Shown: positions 9,689-19,822 of the stretch, piece by piece
Numbering within the stretch: position 1 is the first letter of the stretch
Layout: every line of letters begins with the position of its first letter
From: Idiomarina loihiensis L2TR
GTDB taxonomy: Bacteria; Pseudomonadota; Gammaproteobacteria; Enterobacterales; Alteromonadaceae
NCBI RefSeq assembly: GCF_000008465.1
Contig: NC_006512.1
Span: forward strand, 1,530,001-1,562,000
Reading direction: 5' to 3'
DNA: 32,000 bases
The notes under the pieces: model-generated
Database searches by the model: none
What the model was told of the DNA's origin: nothing
The model's input: only the letters and a program-made list of their open reading frames with translations
Position numbers and translations under genes: made by a program

Positions 9689-9763
9689 CTAAAATCGATT
9701 GTTTTTATCACTAATACCTTTCAATATAGCAACTATCACTTTATCAGGACTACAGAGATCAAC

Positions 9764-10531
9764 ATGTTCGAATGGATTACCATGCCAGAAGCCTGGATTG
9801 CGCTGGCAACCTTAACCGCGTTAGAAATTGTGCTGGGTATTGATAACATCATTTTTATTTCCATTTTAGTTGGGCGCCTACCTGAGCATCAACGAGACAA
9901 AGCCCGCACCATAGGCTTAGGTCTGGCTATGGGCACGCGGTTACTCCTGCTCTTTTCCCTAACATGGGTAATGACTCTTACCGATCCGCTATTCAGTATC
10001 TTTGCAGAGGAAATTTCAGGGCGCGATCTAATCTTGCTGTTAGGTGGTTTATTTCTTCTTGGAAAAAGCACGTTAGAAATTCACCATGCACTGGAAGGTG
10101 ATTCGCAAACAGAAAAATCCCCTGTCGCCGCTTCTTTTATCGGCATTCTTATACAGATAGCCATTCTGGACGTTGTTTTTTCGCTGGATTCAGTCATTAC
10201 AGCTGTTGGCCTGGCTGAACAGTTAAGTGTTATGGTCATTGCCGTAATTATTTCGGTAGGTGTCATGTTGGTGGCAGCAAAGTCGGTCAGCGATTTTGTC
10301 GACAAACACCCGACCATTAAAATGTTGGCTCTTAGCTTTTTAATTTTAATAGGCATGACCTTAGTTGGCGAAGGATTCGGATTTCACGTACCTAAAGGCT
10401 ATGTCTATTTCGCTATGGCGTTCTCTCTTGCAGTTGAAATGCTCAATCTTAAAATACGATCTAACCGCAAAAAGCCGAAACCAGTGGAGTTGCGCAAGGG
10501 TATACCGGGAGATAAACATCCTAAAAATTGA
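9764..10531 (+). CDS. TerC-family integral membrane protein
   Basis: Multi-TM protein with the TerC-type N-terminal motif LEIVLGIDNIIFISILV. 255 aa. Confidence 0.8.
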   Translation: MFEWITMPEAWIALATLTALEIVLGIDNIIFISILVGRLPEHQRDKARTIGLGLAMGTRLLLLFSLTWVMTLTDPLFSIFAEEISGRDLILLLGGLFLLGKSTLEIHHALEGDSQTEKSPVAASFIGILIQIAILDVVFSLDSVITAVGLAEQLSVMVIAVIISVGVMLVAAKSVSDFVDKHPTIKMLALSFLILIGMTLVGEGFGFHVPKGYVYFAMAFSLAVEMLNLKIRSNRKKPKPVELRKGIPGDKHPKN

Positions 10532-10649
10532 GTATTTCATCGTTTTCGGTTTTATTTCACGGCGGTCGCTAGTAAAGTAACGCCACTTTTTTTGACTTAT
10601 ACCAAAGTCGAACAGGACCAAAGTTTCAATAACTAAACGGATAATAACA

Positions 10650-12212
10650 ATGGATCCAACAAAAATAGTCGACAAAGACGCAAGTTTTTTCGGACAACCA
10701 GGGGGCTTACAAACCCTGTTTTTTACCGAAATGTGGGAGCGCATGAGTTACTACGGTATGCGCGCATTGCTGGTTCTTTTTATGACCGCAAGCTTACAAG
10801 AAGGTGGTTTAGCTTTAACGGTAGCCTCTGCCACAGCTATTTATGGTTTATATACTGGTGCCGTTTACTTTATGGGCCTGCCCGGCGGCTGGATATCTGA
10901 CCGTTTATTAGGTGGGCAAAAAGCGACATGGTATGGCGGCATTGTGATTATGTTAGGTCACATTGTTTTAGCAATACCAAGTACAGCCAGCTTTTTTATC
11001 GGCATGATTTTAGTCGTTCTGGGCACTGGCTTATTAAAACCAAACATCACAGCAATGGTTGGACAGCTCTACGGTCCCAATGACGATCGACGTGATGGTG
11101 GCTATACCCTGTATTACATGGGTATTAATTTTGGTTCCATCATTGGGTATCTGGTAACAGGCTATTTGCAAGTAGAAGCGGGTTATCACTGGGGCTTTGG
11201 TGCTGCAGCAGTTGGTATGGCATTGGGCCTTATTCAGTATCGATTAACCTTACCAAAGCTAAAAGGTGTGGGGGCAAAACCTCCTAAACCTCTAAGCGCT
11301 GCCGGAATGAAACGCAGCTGGATCGTTATCGGGGTACTGTTAGCGGGCTTAGCAATCATTACAGCACTTGCATTAAATGGCATTATTATTATTGATCCCA
11401 TCGTTGTCGCCAGTAATGTTGCTATTGTATTTACGGTTATTTTCTTCGGATATTACGCTAGTATTTTCTTATTCGGTAAACTAACCAAAAATGAAATGAA
11501 GCGACTGGGAGCACTATTTCTAGTGTGTATCGCATCGACCATGTTCTGGGCAGGTTTTGAACAAGCGGGCTCTTCATTTAACCTGTTTGCTCGTGACTTA
11601 ACAGACCGAATGGTAGGAAGCTTTGAGATCCCCACGACTTGGTTCCAAATGCTTAACTCAATTTTTCTGGTCATCATGTCGCCATTTTTTGCAGCGCTAT
11701 GGATTAATTTGAGCAAACGCATGATTAACCCGTCGTATGGCTTCAAAAGTGCGATTGGTCTCATCATTATGGCCACCGGTTTCATCGTCATGTTCTTTGC
11801 TTCTCAAGCGGCTGCCAGTGGATTGAAGGTAGCTCCTTATTGGCTGGTTGCCGTTTACTTTATTCATACCGTCGGTGAGCTGTGCTTAAGTCCAGTCGCG
11901 TTAAGTGCTGTCAGTAAGTTATCACCCAAACGCATGGCCGGTCAGATGATGGGGATATTTGTACTCACCTACTCTGTCGGTAACGTCGTAGCCGGTATTC
12001 TTGCTGGCGGGTTAGATCCTGAAAATCCTGCGGCGATGCCTGAGCTATTCTGGACCATATTCTTATTTGGTGTCACTGTTGGTGCTATTGTATTTGTACT
12101 TGCTCTGTTTACCCGTAAATGGGAAAAACTCCCACCTGACGACGATAATGCTGACAATGATGACCACCCAGGTGCTGTCATTGATGCTAATGAGCCTGTC
12201 GGCAAACCATAA
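10650..12212 (+). CDS. Proton-dependent oligopeptide transporter (POT/PTR2 family, DtpT/DtpA-like)
   Basis: POT signature FFTEMWERMSYYGMRALLVLFM (ExxERxxYYG type). About 14 predicted TM helices, 520 aa. Confidence 0.88.
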   Translation: MDPTKIVDKDASFFGQPGGLQTLFFTEMWERMSYYGMRALLVLFMTASLQEGGLALTVASATAIYGLYTGAVYFMGLPGGWISDRLLGGQKATWYGGIVIMLGHIVLAIPSTASFFIGMILVVLGTGLLKPNITAMVGQLYGPNDDRRDGGYTLYYMGINFGSIIGYLVTGYLQVEAGYHWGFGAAAVGMALGLIQYRLTLPKLKGVGAKPPKPLSAAGMKRSWIVIGVLLAGLAIITALALNGIIIIDPIVVASNVAIVFTVIFFGYYASIFLFGKLTKNEMKRLGALFLVCIASTMFWAGFEQAGSSFNLFARDLTDRMVGSFEIPTTWFQMLNSIFLVIMSPFFAALWINLSKRMINPSYGFKSAIGLIIMATGFIVMFFASQAAASGLKVAPYWLVAVYFIHTVGELCLSPVALSAVSKLSPKRMAGQMMGIFVLTYSVGNVVAGILAGGLDPENPAAMPELFWTIFLFGVTVGAIVFVLALFTRKWEKLPPDDDNADNDDHPGAVIDANEPVGKP

Positions 12213-12238
12213 TTCACTTCTTTGTAAAAAACTGCTAG

Positions 12239-12263
12239 AAAGGGACCTTCAGGTCCCTTTTTT
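12239..12263 (+). terminator. Rho-independent terminator after the POT transporter gene
   Basis: AAAGGGACC-ttca-GGTCCCTTT followed by TTT, 27 nt after the stop codon. It ends only 15 nt before the next ATG. Confidence 0.7.
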
Positions 12264-12278
12264 AATATCGGTAGCACT

Positions 12279-13595
12279 ATGCTAAAAAACATCATTCTCC
12301 TCGCCGGCCTAACTTGCAGTACTGCCTTTTCCGCTAATCTGTTTGCTGAAAATATAACCCCCCTACCTCTTAAACAACGTGCAGAGGTTATTGATGATCT
12401 TCTTCAGAAACGAGTACAGCAACTACTCCCTGAGTTAATGCAACAAAATGACATTGATATGTGGGTATTAATAAGTCGCGAGTACAACGAAGATCCAATT
12501 CTTAAAACCTTTCTGCCCAGCGACTGGTTATCTGCAAGACGAAGAACCATCTTAGTTATCCATAAGCCGGGCAATGGTGAGAATCTGGAAACCTTAGCAA
12601 TAGCCCGTTATAACGTTGGTGAGGTATTTAAAAGCGCCTGGAACCCAGAGCAACAACCTAATCAATGGCAACGCCTGACGGAAGTCATTACCGAGCGTAA
12701 CCCAGGTTCTATTGCAATTAATCAATCGAAAGACTTCGCTCAGGCCGACGGGATTACAGCAACGGATAAAGAGCTTTTCATGGCCGCTTTACCTGACAAT
12801 TTAAAAGATAAAATGGTCAGTGCAGAGCCGCTTGCCGTCTCCTGGCTTGAAAAACGAATAGAAGCAGAACTGCCCTATTATCGTAATGCCGTTAAGCTTG
12901 CGCACCAGATTATCGCCGAGGGGTTTTCAAACAAAGTAATCTCGGTTGGTGAGACCACCACAGAAGACCTTCAATGGTGGTTCCGTGAGCGTGCTGCACA
13001 AGAGAACCTGCCCGTTTGGTTCCATCCTTCCGTGAGTGTGCAGCGTATCGATGACCCTCAACCCGGGCATCCGCGTTCAACCGGAATCGTCATACAACCG
13101 GGCGACTTATTGCACGTGGACTTTGGCATTACCTACCTGCGCTTAAATACCGATACTCAGCAACATGCCTATGTTTTAAAAGAAGGTGAGTCAGACGCTC
13201 CTGAAGCCCTAAAACAAGCACTAATCAATGCTAATCAGCTACAGGATATTTTGACCAAACAGTTTGAAGAGACACGTTCAGGCAATGACATTTTGCTCGC
13301 CGCATTAGAAGAAGCCAGAAGCGAAGGTCTGGAGCCCATGATTTATACTCACCCTATTGGTTATTACGGCCATGGATCAGGGCCAACCATTGGTATGTGG
13401 GACAAACAGCACGCAATACCAGGTGGAGGAGAATACCCGTTATTTTCTAATACGGCTTATTCTATAGAACTAAATAACAAAACCACATTCAAGGATAAAG
13501 CCGTCACCATCATGCTGGAAGAGGATGCATTTTTTGATGGTGACGGAGTTAGCTACTTAAACGGCAGACAACAGTCCTTTCATCTTATCGATTAG
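12279..13595 (+). CDS. M24-family (Xaa-Pro aminopeptidase/prolidase-like) peptidase with signal peptide
   Basis: Signal peptide MLKNIILLAGLTCSTAFSA-N. The C-terminal half has a pita-bread-like pattern of candidate metal ligands (HVDFG, NTDTQ, HPIGYYGHG, SIELN, MLEED). The family call is from memory of M24 motifs. Confidence 0.7.
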   Translation: MLKNIILLAGLTCSTAFSANLFAENITPLPLKQRAEVIDDLLQKRVQQLLPELMQQNDIDMWVLISREYNEDPILKTFLPSDWLSARRRTILVIHKPGNGENLETLAIARYNVGEVFKSAWNPEQQPNQWQRLTEVITERNPGSIAINQSKDFAQADGITATDKELFMAALPDNLKDKMVSAEPLAVSWLEKRIEAELPYYRNAVKLAHQIIAEGFSNKVISVGETTTEDLQWWFRERAAQENLPVWFHPSVSVQRIDDPQPGHPRSTGIVIQPGDLLHVDFGITYLRLNTDTQQHAYVLKEGESDAPEALKQALINANQLQDILTKQFEETRSGNDILLAALEEARSEGLEPMIYTHPIGYYGHGSGPTIGMWDKQHAIPGGGEYPLFSNTAYSIELNNKTTFKDKAVTIMLEEDAFFDGDGVSYLNGRQQSFHLID

Positions 13596-14055
13596 GCTTT
13601 TCTGAAACATAAATAGTAATGTGCCCGGCGGCTACAACCGTGCCGTCGCTACGCTTGGCTTCTACGGATATAGGCTGGTCGCCCGGTTGCCAGGTGGACT
13701 CTGAGCTGGATGCTTCTATGGTCACATCGCTTTCAGTTTTCGCCAGATACTGCACGTTCATGCCTTTCGGTAACCAACGCAGATGTTTAGGAATCGACGC
13801 CTCGGCTAATGCCCCCATCGCCATTTCCATACCGTTACACACAGCAATGGCATGCACGGTGCCTATGTGGTTCTGTACCGCCTTTCGCTTCTTAAACGTC
13901 AGCTGGCAGAAGTTCGGTTTTAATTCGGTAATAAGCGGCTTAATTGTTTTAAAGTAAGGAGCTTTTCGGGCAAACATTGCAGAGAAAATCTTACGCCCAA
14001 AAGGCAGTTTTAAGCAGCGTTCGTATAAATTAATTAGGTAGTTGCCAGTTGCCAA
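13585..14055 (-). CDS. Hotdog-fold protein, DUF4442/thioesterase-like
   Basis: TTG start with GGAG 8 nt upstream. The region KAPYFKTIKPLITEL...QNHIGTVHAIAVCNGMEMAMG resembles the DUF4442/PaaI-like hotdog family. Its 3' end overlaps the convergent M24 gene by 11 nt. Confidence 0.65.
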   Translation of the reverse strand: MATGNYLINLYERCLKLPFGRKIFSAMFARKAPYFKTIKPLITELKPNFCQLTFKKRKAVQNHIGTVHAIAVCNGMEMAMGALAEASIPKHLRWLPKGMNVQYLAKTESDVTIEASSSESTWQPGDQPISVEAKRSDGTVVAAGHITIYVSEKPNR

Positions 14056-14130
14056 AATCGTTACTCCAGACCTTTGTTAATAAAAACCTTGTTTCAGAAT
14101 GTACTAATGTACAGACAAAAAATACAGATA

Positions 14131-14156
14131 TAAAAAAAGCAGGCCGCAGCCTGCTT
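14131..14156 (-). terminator. Rho-independent terminator after icd
   Basis: On the - strand: AAGCAGGC-tgcg-GCCTGCTT followed by a run of 7 T, about 34 nt after the icd stop. Confidence 0.75.
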
Positions 14157-14189
14157 CTTATAGTTAGAGCTTAGCTTACACTATGTAAA

Positions 14190-16427
<2,238 letters not shown>

Positions 16428-16504
16428 TTATTGGACCAAAGTAAAAATTGCTTCATTTACTTACATAGTTTTGTGGCGCAGATTATAGAGGATCTGCCCT
16501 TTAA

Positions 16505-16945
16505 TTACCATTCGCCAATGTTTTCCATGGATGTCCACGGCTCTTCCGGCGGCAAGCTATCACCCTTCTGTAATAGCTCAATGGAGATATTGTCCGGTGA
16601 ACGTACAAACGCCATATGACCGTCTCTCGGTGGCCGGTTGATAATGACACCGTTATCCATCAGCTTTTGGCAAAGCTCGTAAATATTCTCAACCCGAAAG
16701 GCTAAATGGCCAAAATTACGGCCGCCGCGGTAAGTTTGTGGGTCCCAGTTATAGGTAAGCTCCAGCATGGGAGCCTGATCTTTCTTCGCTCTTTCAATAT
16801 CGTCTGGTGCTGCTAAAAAAACCAGGGTGAAACGCCCTTTTTCCACGTCCTTGCGGCTGACTTCCTTCAAGCCGAGTAAATCACAATAGAAATTTAAAGA
16901 TTGTTCCAAATCATGTACACGTACCATCGTATGTAAATATTGCAC
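16505..16945 (-). CDS. gloA: Lactoylglutathione lyase (glyoxalase I, VOC family)
   Basis: GTG start with GGAG 7 nt upstream. [17 protein letters not shown]..., LELTYNW and [11 protein letters not shown] match GloA-type motifs. Confidence 0.8.
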   Translation of the reverse strand: MQYLHTMVRVHDLEQSLNFYCDLLGLKEVSRKDVEKGRFTLVFLAAPDDIERAKKDQAPMLELTYNWDPQTYRGGRNFGHLAFRVENIYELCQKLMDNGVIINRPPRDGHMAFVRSPDNISIELLQKGDSLPPEEPWTSMENIGEW

Positions 16946-17055
16946 CGCTAATCTCCTATTTTTTCAATTAGAGCTTTTGCACCACGCTCATCTATCCCTT
17001 CACAGTACGGCTAAGACACCTGCAATGGTTCATAACTATCAAATAGGTGAAGAGC

Positions 17056-17772
17056 TTAGATAAACTGGTTGGTCAGCTTCTTTCGTTCACGCCAGTCCGG
17101 GAGAAATTCATCCATCAAGGCGTAGAAGCGCACGTTGTGATAACGCTCAAACAGGTGTGTAAGTTCGTGAACTAGCACGTACTCCAGGCATTCGGCCGGT
17201 TTTTTAACCAGTTCTAAATTTAGCCATATCTTTTTACTGCGTATGTTGCAGCTACCCCAACGGGTTTTCATTGCCCTGATGCCAAAGCTATTACTATATG
17301 CTCCCATTCGCGGCTGCCAGATATCCAGTAAAGCTTCAACTTCCCGTGTAATTTGCTCACGATACCAGCGATCCATAATCTTTTTACGTTGATCAGCATT
17401 GTAATGTGGCAGAGAAACCAGTTGTAACTGCTCACCCTCACATTTCACTGAGGCTCCGCGCTTTTTAACTGCAACATCCAGTGTGTGACTTTTACCCCAA
17501 AGCTTGTGTTCCTCTCCTGATACAAACTGAAGTTCTGGTGGACTTGGCTGCATAGCAACTCTTTCACGTTGCTTTATCAGCCAATCGTGACGTTCAAACA
17601 GCCAGCGTTCAATTTCATTTAGCGAACACTGTCGGGGCGCAGATACTTCAACATCACCTGAAGGCGCACGCACCCTTAAATACATATTTTTTATGCGCTT
17701 ACTTTTAACCGTAACAGGAATATCGTTAATAAGAAGTTTTGCGCTGTATAGGCTTTTACTTTCTTTCGACAT
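17056..17772 (-). CDS. YgjP-like M48/DUF45 family metal-dependent hydrolase
   Basis: HExxH motif (VHELTHLFE) near the C-terminus and a DUF45-like layout, 238 aa. Its start overlaps the 3' end of the channel gene by 17 nt. Confidence 0.75.
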   Translation of the reverse strand: MSKESKSLYSAKLLINDIPVTVKSKRIKNMYLRVRAPSGDVEVSAPRQCSLNEIERWLFERHDWLIKQRERVAMQPSPPELQFVSGEEHKLWGKSHTLDVAVKKRGASVKCEGEQLQLVSLPHYNADQRKKIMDRWYREQITREVEALLDIWQPRMGAYSNSFGIRAMKTRWGSCNIRSKKIWLNLELVKKPAECLEYVLVHELTHLFERYHNVRFYALMDEFLPDWRERKKLTNQFI

Positions 17773-18583
17773 CTTGCTGAGCCACTATCAGTTGTTTTAA
17801 TTCGCGAATTTCCTGTTGCAGATCGCTTATAGTAGGTTCTTTGTCCACGAAGCCCTCACCCAAGCCGTCCTCAGTAAGTTCAATTTTCCGGCTCTCTTTA
17901 TCCATGACGTTAATCACAATACCAATAACCATATTCAAGAACGCAAAAGCCGTCAGGAAAATAAATGTCATATAGTAAATCCAGCTCCAGCCATACACTT
18001 CCATGGTTTCGTACTGAATGTCAGTCCAGTCCTCAAAAGTCATCACCCTGAACAGCGTGAGCATTGAAGTGGCAATGTTGTCCCATAGAAACGGATTAAT
18101 ATCGGCAAATAAATAACTGCCTACCGCTGCATAAATATAGAAGATAATAAACATCAACAGGACGACATATCCCATCTGCGGAAGCGCTTTGAGCAAGGAG
18201 TTTATTAAGGTTCGCAGCTCCGGAATAATTGATATCATCCTCAGTACCCGAAATATCCGAACCAACCGCGCCAGCAGAGCCAGTTCAGAATCATTTATAG
18301 GTATGAGACTCATGATTACAACCAGAGTATCAAACACATTCCAACCGTCTTTGAAAAACGCTTTCTTATTGTCTTCCGCGATGAAGCGAATGCTAATCTC
18401 AATTAAGAAGAACAGCGTGATAAAGAGATCTAAACCGTACGTCAGGCTATTAGCAAAAGCAGGTAACTCATAGGTTTTCGCGCCAATCTCTAATGCCGAA
18501 ATAATGATAACGGCAACCACCAACGCTTCAAAAGCTTTGTTACTTTTAAGCTGAAATAACTGTTTTTTTATTTTTTCGTACAT
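17756..18583 (-). CDS. Single-domain 6-TM voltage-gated cation channel (BacNav/NaChBac family)
   Basis: - S1-S6 pattern.
- S4 with Arg every third residue (RLVRIFRVLR).
- Pore motif LTLFRVMTFEDWTD (filter at 18020-18040).
- C-terminal coiled-coil-like ISDLQQEIRELKQLIVAQQ.
- I place the start at the MYEKIKKQ ATG (18583), because the longer ORF (to 18655) would overlap uppP. Confidence 0.85.
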   Translation of the reverse strand: MYEKIKKQLFQLKSNKAFEALVVAVIIISALEIGAKTYELPAFANSLTYGLDLFITLFFLIEISIRFIAEDNKKAFFKDGWNVFDTLVVIMSLIPINDSELALLARLVRIFRVLRMISIIPELRTLINSLLKALPQMGYVVLLMFIIFYIYAAVGSYLFADINPFLWDNIATSMLTLFRVMTFEDWTDIQYETMEVYGWSWIYYMTFIFLTAFAFLNMVIGIVINVMDKESRKIELTEDGLGEGFVDKEPTISDLQQEIRELKQLIVAQQDVERK

Positions 18584-18594
18584 AAAGTAACTGC

Positions 18595-19392
18595 TCAGAA
18601 GAATAATAAGTACAAGACAACCGCTAAGACTAAACGATAGATAACATAAGGCCACATACCGAACGCATTAAGCCACTTAAGGAAGAAATGAATAGCTGTA
18701 ATAGCGGTTAAAAAAGATACAATACCGCCAACTAAAAAACCTAACCAATCTACGGCTATAGACTCTGAAGCTATGGTTAATAACTTTACCAAAGCCGCCG
18801 CCGCCGTAATTGGAATGGCCATAAAAAATGAAAACTTTGAAGCTGATTCCCGATTTAGACCTAAAAACAACCCGGCGGTTATGGTTGCTCCAGAGCGAGA
18901 GGTTCCCGGAATAAGCGCTACAGCCTGAGCAAGACCAACAATAATAGCGTCTTTGAAACCAATATCCTGCAAAGTTCTGCTGCCCCGGGCGAATCTATCT
19001 CCAGCAGCCAAAAGTACAGCAAACACAACCGTAGTGGTTATGATAACGCCCACAGCCCTTAGTGCTGTGTCTATATAATCCAGTAACAGTATTCCGGCAA
19101 TGCAGGCAGGTATAGTTCCGACAACAACAGCCCAACCTAATCGGCTTTGTCCAACATGCTGGCGTGCCGCAATAGAACGAAGTCCGTCAATAAAGAGTTC
19201 ACTGACATCTTTGCGAAAATACAGAATTACGGCGAGTAAAGTACCGACATGAACAGCAAGATCAAAGCCTACACCCTGATCGTCCCAGCCGGTAAGTATA
19301 GGCATTAAAATTAAGTGAGCAGAGCTGGATATTGGAAGAAACTCGGTTATTCCCTGGATAATGCCCAGGATGATCGATTGTAAGAAATCCAT
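18595..19392 (-). CDS. uppP: Undecaprenyl-diphosphate phosphatase
   Basis: BacA/UppP motifs GIIQGITEFLPISSSAHL and IPGTSRSGATITAGL. 265 aa, multi-TM. Confidence 0.92.
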   Translation of the reverse strand: MDFLQSIILGIIQGITEFLPISSSAHLILMPILTGWDDQGVGFDLAVHVGTLLAVILYFRKDVSELFIDGLRSIAARQHVGQSRLGWAVVVGTIPACIAGILLLDYIDTALRAVGVIITTTVVFAVLLAAGDRFARGSRTLQDIGFKDAIIVGLAQAVALIPGTSRSGATITAGLFLGLNRESASKFSFFMAIPITAAAALVKLLTIASESIAVDWLGFLVGGIVSFLTAITAIHFFLKWLNAFGMWPYVIYRLVLAVVLYLLFF

Positions 19393-19477
19393 TAAAAATG
19401 CTCGCCTTCATTCTGCTCAAATAGAAAGCGAGCATTATAGTCAGTTTCGTCCTTAGAACGAAAGTAACATTAAGCGA

Positions 19478-19822
19478 TTAGGCGCCACATTTACCTTCTT
19501 CTGACTTTTCACCTTTTTTCTCAGACTTTTCATGTTTCATTTCGTCACCACGCTTTCCTTCGCCGCATTTGCCTTCTCCACACTTGCCTTCCTTAGCTTT
19601 GTCTTTCATATCTCTTTTATCTTTCATCTCTTCAGATTTTTCTTTCTTCTCTTCGCCACATTTACCTTCACCACACTTCATTTCCTGTGGTTGAGACATT
19701 TCGTAGCCAGACGACAGTTCGGTGGCTTCAAAGGGATTTGCCTGAGCAGCCCCCATACTCATTGCTGAAGCGACGGAAAGAGCCGATGTAATTGCCAGAG
19801 TTTTCGATGTCAGTTGTTTCAT
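19478..19822 (-). CDS. Small secreted Cys-Gly repeat peptide, HvfA-like (EGKCG-repeat RiPP-precursor type)
   Basis: AGGTGA lies 5 nt upstream of the ATG at 19822; the listed start at 19831 is a GTG inside the SD. Signal peptide ...AMSMGAAQA-N. All 5 Cys lie in KCG contexts (MKCGEGKCGE, EGKCGEGKCGEGKRG, C-terminal EGKCGA), separated by K/E/D-rich spacers. Confidence 0.7.
   Translation of the reverse strand: MKQLTSKTLAITSALSVASAMSMGAAQANPFEATELSSGYEMSQPQEMKCGEGKCGEEKKEKSEEMKDKRDMKDKAKEGKCGEGKCGEGKRGDEMKHEKSEKKGEKSEEGKCGA

Noticed and set aside
9603-9763. Possible yybP-ykoY (Mn2+) riboswitch upstream of the TerC-family gene
   Set aside because: TerC-family genes are often preceded by this riboswitch, but I could not find its conserved GGGGAGUAG-type or other core blocks in the 160-nt leader. 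The region looks like a plain AT-rich promoter with operators.
10361-10744. 127-aa - strand ORF spanning the TerC 3' end, the intergenic region and the POT 5' end
   Set aside because: It overlaps two well-supported + strand genes and has no motif. An ORF bridging an intergenic promoter region in antisense is most likely spurious.
18584-18655. 24-codon N-terminal extension of the channel ORF (MALCYLSF...)
   Set aside because: It would overlap the last 61 nt of uppP. The internal ATG at 18583 gives a protein starting just before S1, as in other BacNav channels.
19393-19477. Hairpins between the EGKCG peptide gene and uppP (UUUCGUUC-UAA-GGACGAAA, and AAUGCUCGC-N23-GCGAGCAUU followed by UUUU)
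   Set aside because: The first lacks a T-run. The second has a 23-nt loop and ends 2 nt from the uppP ATG, so neither is a convincing terminator. A TATAAT hexamer between them may be a uppP promoter, but there is no good -35 element.
19478-19700. DNA-level repeats (CCACAYTTRCCTTC units) as a possible CRISPR array or tandem-repeat locus
   Set aside because: The repeats are short (about 15 nt), in frame, and correspond exactly to the EGKCG peptide units of a coding sequence. There is no spacer-repeat architecture.
19532-19768. 78-aa Phe/Leu-rich + strand ORF opposite the EGKCG-repeat peptide gene
   Set aside because: It is the complement of a Lys/Glu-rich repeat (AAG/GAA read as CTT/TTC), which automatically produces an open hydrophobic frame. 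The - strand ORF has an SD, a signal peptide and a recognisable motif, so I assign coding to that strand.
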